Assembly: GCA_039587315.1 (NCBI GenBank)
Contig: JBDHIS010000014.1
Location: 678-64,677 of the forward strand
Direction of reading: 5' to 3'
DNA: 64,000 bases
From: Gemmatimonadota bacterium
Lineage (GTDB): Bacteria > Gemmatimonadota > Gemmatimonadetes > Gemmatimonadales > GWC2-71-9
Positions 56,486-64,000 of the stretch are shown here, in pieces; position 1 is the first letter of the stretch; every line of letters begins with the position of its first letter. The translations under genes were made by a program, and so were the position numbers. Below the pieces are notes generated by a model, which made no database searches, had not been told where the DNA came from, and worked only from the letters and a program-made list of their open reading frames with translations.

Positions 56486-58215
56486 GCAGGCTCATGTCCG
56501 GCAACGACGCGGTGGCCCAGGGCGCCTGGGAGGCCGGAGTCTCGTTCGCCGCGGGGTACCCGGGTACGCCGAGCACGGAGGTGCTGGAGCGCCTGGCCAC
56601 CTACGCGGAGATCGATGCGCATTGGTCGACCAACGAGAAGGTCGCCTTCGAGGAGGGCATGGGAGCCGCGCTCGGCGGACTCCGCACGATGGTGACGATG
56701 AAGCACGTGGGCCTCAACGTGGCCGCCGATCCCTTCATGGTGTTTCCCTACTCCGGCACCAACGCCGGTTTCGTGGTGCTGGTGGCCGACGACCCCGGCA
56801 TGTACTCGTCGCAGAACGAGCAGGACAGTCGCTACTTTGCCAGGCTGGCCAAGGTGCCGATGCTGGAACCGGCGGACGCGGCTCAGGCCAGGGAGCTGAC
56901 CGGTATCGCATTCGATCTGAGCGAACAGTTCCTGACACCGGTAATGCTGCGCACGACGACGCGGCTGGCACATACGCGCGGCGTCGTGGACCCGGGCGAC
57001 CGCACTGAGGCCCCACGCAAGCCGTTCTCACGCAAGGTCAGCCAGTACGCGATTCCCGTATACGCGCGGTTCCGCCGGCCCGAACTGGAGGAGAAGCTCC
57101 AGGGGATGTGCCAGTTCGCCGAAGAGTTCGAGGGCAACGTGATCGAAGAGGGTGACTCGCGGATCGGAGTGGTCACCCACGGCATGCCATATCAGTACGT
57201 GAAGGAGGTGTGCCCCGACGCCACGGTGTTCAAACTGGGGATGATCTACCCGCTGCCCGAGAAACGGCTTCGAGAGTTCTGCGCCCGCTTCGACACCGTG
57301 TTCGTGGTGGAGGAGAGCGAGGGCTTCATCCAGCAGGAGATGGCCGGCTTCGGCATCAGCAACCTCGAGGGCAAGGAGCGTTTCACCAACATCGGCGAGC
57401 TGTCCGTAGACCTGGTCGCGGCCGGGATCTCCGGCAAGTCAGTGCCGCCGGACTTCAGCAGCGAGACAGTCATCCTGCCGCGGCCGCCCGTGCTGTGTGC
57501 AGGTTGCCCGCACCGCGGGGTGTTCAACACACTCAAGAAGCTCGGTGTCCTCGTGACCGGCGACATCGGCTGCTACACTCTGGGCTGCCTGCCGCCGTAC
57601 GAGGCGATCCATACGACCTTCTGCATGGGTGCCAGCATAGGCAACGCTACCGGATTCAGCAGGGCCGGCGAGGAGCGGGTCGCTGCGGTGATCGGTGACT
57701 CCACCTTCCTGCATGGAGGCCTTCCCGGTCTGGTGAGCGCGGTATACAACCGCGTCCCCACTACGACGATCCTGCTGGACAACGGCACTACCGGAATGAC
57801 GGGCCAACAGGAGCATCCGGGGACTGGGCACGACCTCAAGGGAGAGGACGCCCCGTCGGTGGACTACGAGGCGCTGATCCGGTCGGTCGGTGTGGAGCAT
57901 GTAACCGTGGTGGACCCGTGGAACCTGGAGGAAACCGAGCAGGCGATTACGGCCGGCCTCGACCACCCGGGCCCGGCCGTGATCATCGCGCGGCGGAGCT
58001 GCCAGTTGCTTCCCGTGGAGAAGGCGGCTGCGCGCACTCCCTACCGGGTGGAGTTGGAAGAGTGCGTGCTGTGCGAGGAGTGCATGGAGTCGGGATGCCC
58101 TGCTCTCGTGTGGAAGGAGGACGGACCCCACGTCCGAGAGTGGGAGTGCGTGGGCTGCGCCCTGTGCGCCCAGCTCTGCCCGACGGACGCCATCGGTGCG
58201 GTGGAGGTGGCCTGA
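56482..58215 (+). CDS. iorA: indolepyruvate (aryl-pyruvate):ferredoxin oxidoreductase alpha subunit
   Basis: GYPGTPSTE, NEKVA, MKHVGLNVAADP, SSQNEQDSR, LCAGCPHR, GDIGCY, GDSTFLHGG; C-terminal 2x[4Fe-4S] motifs. Confidence 0.95.
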   Translation: MSRLMSGNDAVAQGAWEAGVSFAAGYPGTPSTEVLERLATYAEIDAHWSTNEKVAFEEGMGAALGGLRTMVTMKHVGLNVAADPFMVFPYSGTNAGFVVLVADDPGMYSSQNEQDSRYFARLAKVPMLEPADAAQARELTGIAFDLSEQFLTPVMLRTTTRLAHTRGVVDPGDRTEAPRKPFSRKVSQYAIPVYARFRRPELEEKLQGMCQFAEEFEGNVIEEGDSRIGVVTHGMPYQYVKEVCPDATVFKLGMIYPLPEKRLREFCARFDTVFVVEESEGFIQQEMAGFGISNLEGKERFTNIGELSVDLVAAGISGKSVPPDFSSETVILPRPPVLCAGCPHRGVFNTLKKLGVLVTGDIGCYTLGCLPPYEAIHTTFCMGASIGNATGFSRAGEERVAAVIGDSTFLHGGLPGLVSAVYNRVPTTTILLDNGTTGMTGQQEHPGTGHDLKGEDAPSVDYEALIRSVGVEHVTVVDPWNLEETEQAITAGLDHPGPAVIIARRSCQLLPVEKAAARTPYRVELEECVLCEECMESGCPALVWKEDGPHVREWECVGCALCAQLCPTDAIGAVEVA

Positions 58216-58788
58216 GTGGCGACGACCAACGTCCTGGTGGCCGGTGTCGGCGGACAGGGAGCGATCCTCGCCAGCGAGTTGCTCGCTCTGGCCGCCCTGG
58301 GCGCCGGTTACGACGTGAAGCAGGGGGAGTTCCACGGTGTGGCGCAGCGGGGCGGGGCCGTCTTCAGCCACGTGCGGTTCGGGGATCGAGTTCACTCTCC
58401 CGTGACCCGGCGCGGTGAGGTGGACTACCTGCTTGCGCTGGAGAAGCTGGAGGCGCTGCGGTACGCGCACTTCGTGAAGCCCGGAGGCACGATCATCGTC
58501 AATGAGATGGAGGTAGAGCCGATCCGAGTGGCCGACGAGCGCCCCTACCCCGACGACGCGATCGGCTTCCTCGAGGGAAAGGGCTTCAACGTGGTAGCCA
58601 TGAAGGCGACCGAGGAGGCGATCGACCTGGGCAGCCATCGCGCTGCCAACGTCGTGCTGCTGGGTGCGCTGGCAGCTTCGCTCGACATCCCGCAAGACAC
58701 TTGGGATGAGACCCTCGGAAAGCGCATCCCGGGACCATTGCTAGACCTCAACCGGAAGGCGTTCGCCGCCGGCAGGGACTCACTGTAA
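58216..58788 (+). CDS. iorB: indolepyruvate:ferredoxin oxidoreductase beta subunit
   Basis: GVGGQG, HGVAQRGG.V.SHVRFG, LEALR, NVVLLGA, N.KAF..G. Confidence 0.93.
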   Translation: MATTNVLVAGVGGQGAILASELLALAALGAGYDVKQGEFHGVAQRGGAVFSHVRFGDRVHSPVTRRGEVDYLLALEKLEALRYAHFVKPGGTIIVNEMEVEPIRVADERPYPDDAIGFLEGKGFNVVAMKATEEAIDLGSHRAANVVLLGALAASLDIPQDTWDETLGKRIPGPLLDLNRKAFAAGRDSL

Positions 58789-58791
58789 GCA

Positions 58792-58815
58792 AGCGGGCGC
58801 CGATCGGCGCCCGCT
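58792..58815. terminator. perfect 24-bp palindrome between convergent genes
   Basis: AGCGGGCGCCGATCGGCGCCCGCT, between iorB stop (58788) and stop 58842. Confidence 0.65.
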
Positions 58816-58841
58816 CTCACTGCTCAACATCGCCTTCGAAT

Positions 58842-60932
58842 TCAGACAGCCATCGTCTTTGTGTACTCCGTTCCGACCATTCCTCCACGGCACTCGGCCG
58901 ACAGCATGAACTCCGCCGAGTGCTTCGCCTGGGTGGCGAGAGCGTCCGCCAGGCTCACGTGACAAGCGGCGTCTATGCACTGCACGATCGCCTTCCTCGC
59001 GGCTTCGCTCTCGGGCGAGTCCGCAGGGGGTAGACCGGCGATCTCGCGCGGCACGCCGTCCAACGCCCCGCTCTCGACGCTCCTCGCCTTCAAGCCGTGG
59101 TCGGCGCCGGTCGCCACCTTCCAGGCGGTCTGTAGCGCCTCCTCCAGCGGTCCCGCATAGTCGATGAGCCAGCCGACTGCATCGCCGGCCCTGACCGGTC
59201 TCCCACCCAACAGCAACTGCAGCAGCTTGGGCCAGTCCTCGGCCCGCGCTTTGCGGAACGGCCAGTGGCATCCCTCCATGCCGGGTACGACGGGGAGCGT
59301 CACCTCGGGCATCCCGAACTGCGCGCCGTCCACCGCCATCAGGTAGTGGCAGTGCAGCATCAGCTCCAGCATGCCACCCAGGCAACGCTTTCCGTTCACG
59401 AACCCGACCGACACCTCGAAGTCGTCGGCGAACCGTCTGGCGGTGCGGGACCAGTCACTCGCAATGCGCGATCCGGCCTCGGCGGCCTCGAGCGCGGGGA
59501 AGAACTCGCTGGTGTCGGCTCCCACCATCTGCGTCGAGAGGTGGAAGTCACCGGTCAGTATCACCCGCTCGATCCGCTCTGCCTTGAGCCAGTCCAACGC
59601 CCGGTTGAGCTCCTGGTCCACGTCGCCGTTGTAGCTCTCCCTGCTCAACGTCACCACACCGACTTCTCCGTTGTGCTCGGCGTTGACGTAGAGCTGTTGC
59701 CACTCCGGCGAATCCATGTTGTTGAACGCACCCGGGTACCAAGCGCTCTGCGCTGCCTCCGGTTGCAGCCGATGATACGCCCGGACGGTCTTCGCCACGG
59801 TGTCGGGACCCAGGTCGCGCACGACGGCCAGGATGCCGCTGCGGAACTGCGCGCACAATTCGCCGATGGCGTTGAGATGCGTCAGGTGGCCGCGCTTCTC
59901 GTGGAGCATGAGGCTCGTCATCTGGAACATCGGCCCCAGAATCCACGCCCTGAAATCCTCGTCGGCTGACTCGTCCAGCGACCAGTTCACGAGCGGGCGG
60001 AAGTGGTTGGGCGGATACCAGGTCTGGCCGGTGTCCTTCCGTTCGGTCAGCGCGGCGGTGGGCTTGAACACGTCGCCGTACATCTCCGCCAGGTGGTGCA
60101 GGCACGACCAGGTGAGGAAGTTGGCGCCTTTCGCCCCAATCGCGTCGTGTGCGCGGAACGGGTTGGGCCCCATGAGCTTCCGCACGAACTTGTCGATCTT
60201 CCAGAACGGCATGTTGCTGGCGTCATGATAGCGCAGACCGGCCAGGGTCACGCCGCAGAAAAGCACGTCGAGCACGAACGACCAGTTGTCGCTCACCGGC
60301 ACCGGTATGAGCCCCAGCGCCCAGAGGAGCTGCGTTATGGCCGACGGCTCGGGCTCGACTATCTCCCAGATCTTGTTGATCTCGTGGGGGAATGCCGGAT
60401 GCGCGACGCCTACTCCCAACTCGGAGCTCGGGAAGCCGGACGTCACCGAGCGGATCTCGATGTCCGGGAACGACCCGCGGAACAGCTCATAATGAGCCCG
60501 CTTGATCTCCAGGATCTCCGGAATCGCCTCGAGCAGGAACCGCGGTTTGAGCTGCTGGAGCTCGCTCGGAAGGCGAGTGCCGTCGTAGCTCAGCCGCACG
60601 ATGTTCTGCATGATGGCCGCGGCGCCCTCGGGGCCGAATGCCTGAACCAGTCCGGGGTACTGCTTTCCGATTCCGTCGGGGGCACCCGGGAAGTCCAGGG
60701 CGACCACTCGCACGTCGTAGGGCTGCAGCCTCGAGCCGAGCTGCATCGTCTTCCCGGCGCCCACTATTCCGTTGGCGCCCGAGATGACCATCGAGCCCCG
60801 TTTCTTTTGTTTGCCGAAGACCTCGTCCACGAGGTCGGCGGCGGCGGCGGGCATTTGCCCGCGCTCGAAGATGTCGATGACGTTTCCCAGCCCCAGCGTC
60901 TGGAGGGTCGTTTCCCGCATCACCTTGGTCAT
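58842..60932 (-). CDS. divergent 3-hydroxyacyl-CoA dehydrogenase / enoyl-CoA hydratase fusion (HCDH N-terminal, crotonase C-terminal)
   Basis: GANGIVG Rossmann motif, EAIPEILEIK; C-terminal GAD, CLGGMLE, FGMPEV..PG with both crotonase glutamates. Confidence 0.8.
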   Translation of the reverse strand: MTKVMRETTLQTLGLGNVIDIFERGQMPAAAADLVDEVFGKQKKRGSMVISGANGIVGAGKTMQLGSRLQPYDVRVVALDFPGAPDGIGKQYPGLVQAFGPEGAAAIMQNIVRLSYDGTRLPSELQQLKPRFLLEAIPEILEIKRAHYELFRGSFPDIEIRSVTSGFPSSELGVGVAHPAFPHEINKIWEIVEPEPSAITQLLWALGLIPVPVSDNWSFVLDVLFCGVTLAGLRYHDASNMPFWKIDKFVRKLMGPNPFRAHDAIGAKGANFLTWSCLHHLAEMYGDVFKPTAALTERKDTGQTWYPPNHFRPLVNWSLDESADEDFRAWILGPMFQMTSLMLHEKRGHLTHLNAIGELCAQFRSGILAVVRDLGPDTVAKTVRAYHRLQPEAAQSAWYPGAFNNMDSPEWQQLYVNAEHNGEVGVVTLSRESYNGDVDQELNRALDWLKAERIERVILTGDFHLSTQMVGADTSEFFPALEAAEAGSRIASDWSRTARRFADDFEVSVGFVNGKRCLGGMLELMLHCHYLMAVDGAQFGMPEVTLPVVPGMEGCHWPFRKARAEDWPKLLQLLLGGRPVRAGDAVGWLIDYAGPLEEALQTAWKVATGADHGLKARSVESGALDGVPREIAGLPPADSPESEAARKAIVQCIDAACHVSLADALATQAKHSAEFMLSAECRGGMVGTEYTKTMAV

Positions 60933-60945
60933 CGTCCCACCCTCC

Positions 60946-62142
60946 CTAGGAGACCTTCAGAATGGCCGAGATACCCACGTCGCCCGCGGCGCAGCCGAAG
61001 ACGAGCACGTGGCCGCCACCCAAGTCCACCGCCTCTTCCAGGGCCTCGATCACCACGCGGGTGAGAGTCGGACCCTGTGGGTGGCCCCACACGAGAGGGG
61101 AACCAGTGTTGTTCATGCAGTTCCAGTCGTAATCCAGCATCCGCGCGAAGATCGCGTCGTTCACCGCGAATGGGTTGTGGTTCTTGACCACCTTCATGTC
61201 CGACATCGTGAGGCCCGTGCGCTCGAGCAGCTTCTGCACCGCCATCGCGGGCGCCTCGGGCATGAGGCTCGGATGGGTGCGCACCTCGGCCTTGGCGACG
61301 AACCGAATGTCCACCTCGGGCTGGGGGCTCAGCTCCCTGGCCTTCTCGGGGGTCGCGACGAGGAGGCAGGCCATCCCGTCGGATGCATGGGTCTGCGTCC
61401 CACCCGTAACGCAAGTGTCGAGCTCATTCATCGCGCTCAAGCTGCCCAGTGTCAGCTCCCGCACGCCGACGTCGTCGTCGATGCGGCCCAACGTGCGGCC
61501 CTGGAGGTTGAGCACCTCGAGGGGGACGAGCGTGCGGTCCAGGAAGCCCGACCGCTTCGAGTCGAAGTACTGCTGGTGGCGACGGAACGCGATCTCGTCG
61601 GTCTCCTTGCGGCCGATCTTGTACTTGCGGGCCGCGATGCCGGCCGTCGTGATCATCGCGTTGCCGGTGGCCGGATCGAAGCCGAAGTTGTCCCACACGT
61701 CTGCGAGCGGCACGGTGCGCTGGTGCGCACGGCGCTCGGGAAACACGCCCACGGGCGAGTCACTGGTCCGGTCGAACGTCAGCACCCCCACCACGTCGTT
61801 GGCTCCCGAGTCGACCTCGGCACCCGCCAGGAGAGTGGCCTGCAGCCCGGTGGCGCAGGCCTGCTCCATGTGGTAGCCCGGAATGCGCTCGCCGAGGCAG
61901 CTCGCCACGAGCGGCGCGTTCCAGAACTTCCAGTGCCACGGAACGGTGGACCCGATGATGAGGTAGTCCAGTTCGGTCTTCGGCACCTTTCTGAGCCCGA
62001 GGATCCGATTCATGGACTCGCCCGCGAACTGGCCGATGTTCACCTCGGCGAGCGCGGAAGTCTGCCACGCCGGGAAATAGCTGCTGCCCCAGGTGCCGTA
62101 GGGAATCCTCGCCCTGGAGTACATGCCGTTGTTCTGACTCAT
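60946..62142 (-). CDS. thiolase family protein (atypical HNPF motif)
   Basis: QACATG, DDVGVR, SDG, NHNPFAVN, WGHPQGPT, GCAAG. Confidence 0.85.
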   Translation of the reverse strand: MSQNNGMYSRARIPYGTWGSSYFPAWQTSALAEVNIGQFAGESMNRILGLRKVPKTELDYLIIGSTVPWHWKFWNAPLVASCLGERIPGYHMEQACATGLQATLLAGAEVDSGANDVVGVLTFDRTSDSPVGVFPERRAHQRTVPLADVWDNFGFDPATGNAMITTAGIAARKYKIGRKETDEIAFRRHQQYFDSKRSGFLDRTLVPLEVLNLQGRTLGRIDDDVGVRELTLGSLSAMNELDTCVTGGTQTHASDGMACLLVATPEKARELSPQPEVDIRFVAKAEVRTHPSLMPEAPAMAVQKLLERTGLTMSDMKVVKNHNPFAVNDAIFARMLDYDWNCMNNTGSPLVWGHPQGPTLTRVVIEALEEAVDLGGGHVLVFGCAAGDVGISAILKVS

Positions 62143-62397
62143 GGTCTCCCCTCTCTCAGCCCATCACTGTGAGCTTACCCGCCGGCCCTGGAATCGCAAT
62201 GGGTTCGCCGGTCGAGCGGCTGCACACCTGAGCGATTCACTCACCTTTCGAAAAAACGCTATGCGGCCGCACGAGTTCCACCCCGGTAGTCCCGCCTCGA
62301 CCCGCGCTGGGCATCCGCGCATTGACGGCCGGCTGTCGGAGCCACTGATTGCAGCGATCGTGCATTCTGCGCGTCGCGCGACGAGAGGGTCCACTAC

Positions 62398-63966
62398 ATG
62401 ACGGATGGGTCGTTCGACAATCCCAATCACGGCGAAGCGACGCACCCAACGCCGCTGGACGGCGGCGTATTCGCATCGCTGGTTGGGATCAAGCTGCTGC
62501 TGCACGTGGCCACAGGGCTGTTCTCTCCGTATGGCTTCCACCGCGACGAGTTTCTCTACATCGCGATGGGTACACACCTGCGCCTCTGGCACATGGACTT
62601 CCCTCCCCTCATAGCCATCCTGGCGAAACTCGTGCATGCGCTTGCCGGCCCCTCGCTCTTCGCGACCAGGCTCGTACCGGCCGTGGCGGGTACGCTCGTG
62701 CTGGTGCTCGCCGTCCTGGCCGCGCGCGAGATGGGCGGCAGGCGCTCCGCGCAGCTATTGGCCGGCCTGGCAGTACTCTGCACCCCGCTGTTCCTGAGAT
62801 CCGCCAACCTGTTCCAGCCGGTCGTGCTCGACCAGCTCTGGTGGACACTCGGTCTCTTCGCGCTCCTGAGGCTGCGCAACTCAGGCGAGCAGAGGTGGTG
62901 GATCGTGCTCGGCGTTGCCGGAGGCCTGGGACTGCTCACGAAGTTCAGCATCCTGTTCTTCGGGCTCGCCGTGCTGATCGGCCTGCTCCTGACACCGAAT
63001 CGGCGCGCCTTCATGACGCGCTGGCCGTGGCTCGCGATCGGAATCGCTCTCGTAATCGGCGCACCCAGCATCGTCGGGCAGATCACCCTCGGCTTCCCTG
63101 TGTTGGGCCAGATGAGGGTGTTGAGCGGGACCCAGTTGGCCCGTACCACTACGGCCGAGTTCATTCTGGGCCAGGTGCTGTGGGGTCCGGGCGTCGTGCT
63201 GGCGGCTGCCGGACTCGCGGCACTGCTCGTGCGCTCTTCGCTGCGACGCTACCGCGAAGTCGGCTGGACCGCGCTGGCCGCCTTCGTGATTCTCGCCGCG
63301 CTGCACGGCAAGTCCTACTACGTCGGGCCGATATACCCGGTGCTGTTCGCGGCCGGAGCCGTCCTGCTCGAGGGAATACAGGGGCGCGGCCCGCGGCTCG
63401 CACTCCAGTGGAGCGCCGCGGCTACCATCATCGGCTACGGCGTCCTCACGCTGCCTCTTGGCATCCCCATCCTCCCGCCCGAGAGGATGGCCCGCTATGC
63501 AGCCGCCCTGGGTGTCACCGCGGCGGTTACCACGAATCGGGGGGAGATGCTGCCGCTACCCCAGGACTATGCCGACATGTTGGGCTGGGAGGAGCAGGTC
63601 GAGGCCGTCGCCCGGGTTTACGCGGCCCTCCCACTCGTGGAACAGCGGCAGGCCGTGCTGTTCGGTGGCAACTACGGTCGGGCCGGGGCGCTCGAGCTGT
63701 TCGGCCCTCACTACGACCTGCCGCCCGTGGTGAGCATAGTGGGCAGCTTCTACTTCTTCGGACCGGGTGAGCGACCGGGCACGGTGACGATCTTCGTGGG
63801 GTTGTCCGAGGGAGATTTGAGCGATCACTGCGGCTCGCTCGAGCTGGCGGCGCGATCGACAAACTCGTGGGGCGTGCCTGAAGAGCGCGACGTGCCGATA
63901 TGGGTGTGCCGCTCGCCGCGAGAAACGCTGCAGGAGATCTGGCCATCCCTGGCGGGCATCAACTAG
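62398..63966 (+). CDS. GT-C membrane glycosyltransferase (family 39/ArnT-PMT-like)
   Basis: YGFHRDEFLY, DFPPL, GLLTKF, GKSYY, NYGRAGALE; many TM segments. Confidence 0.85.
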   Translation: MTDGSFDNPNHGEATHPTPLDGGVFASLVGIKLLLHVATGLFSPYGFHRDEFLYIAMGTHLRLWHMDFPPLIAILAKLVHALAGPSLFATRLVPAVAGTLVLVLAVLAAREMGGRRSAQLLAGLAVLCTPLFLRSANLFQPVVLDQLWWTLGLFALLRLRNSGEQRWWIVLGVAGGLGLLTKFSILFFGLAVLIGLLLTPNRRAFMTRWPWLAIGIALVIGAPSIVGQITLGFPVLGQMRVLSGTQLARTTTAEFILGQVLWGPGVVLAAAGLAALLVRSSLRRYREVGWTALAAFVILAALHGKSYYVGPIYPVLFAAGAVLLEGIQGRGPRLALQWSAAATIIGYGVLTLPLGIPILPPERMARYAAALGVTAAVTTNRGEMLPLPQDYADMLGWEEQVEAVARVYAALPLVEQRQAVLFGGNYGRAGALELFGPHYDLPPVVSIVGSFYFFGPGERPGTVTIFVGLSEGDLSDHCGSLELAARSTNSWGVPEERDVPIWVCRSPRETLQEIWPSLAGIN

Positions 63967-64000
63967 GACAAAGAGGGCAAAAAAAGGGCGACCCGCTCAC

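Noticed and set aside
62143-62397. Riboswitch or ncRNA in the divergent intergenic region
   Set aside because: I could not recognise any conserved aptamer, tRNA fold or terminator by eye; a covariance-model search would be needed.
63979-64000. A7 run followed by a GC-rich arm at the window end
   Set aside because: Probably half of a minus-strand terminator, but the second arm lies outside the window.

Overview
High-GC bacterial chromosomal window, densely coding (about 52 CDS). I found no rRNA, tRNA, CRISPR array or mobile element. The small and secreted hypothetical proteins look Gemmatimonadota-like (inference only). The left two-thirds holds secreted hydrolases (GH36, GDPD, alkaline phosphatase, two SxxK serine hydrolases, tandem DPP-IV peptidases) and an amino-acid catabolic block (HypD-type glycyl radical enzyme plus activase, MIO ammonia-lyase, MmuM). 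From 42.8 to 62.1 kb there is an anaerobic aromatic-ring degradation region: TetR with a perfect palindromic operator, had, oah, SDR, thiolase/DUF35, a four-subunit class I benzoyl-CoA reductase and a small CxxC protein, followed by leuB, Zn-ribbon-TPR, a short LeuA-family gene, a transglutaminase-like gene, iorAB and a convergent HCDH-ECH fusion plus an atypical thiolase. The window contains no benzoate-CoA ligase, stand-alone dch or free ferredoxin. The main oddities are an NADP-isocitrate dehydrogenase with a CxxC-x9-CxxC insert in its active-site/phosphorylation loop, an ammonia-lyase with Ala-Cys-Gly instead of Ala-Ser-Gly, a PurF homologue without Cys1, and a transglutaminase-like gene whose conserved N-terminus lacks a normal start codon and continues in frame after the LeuA-family UGA. 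All calls come from motif recognition by eye; no searches were run.
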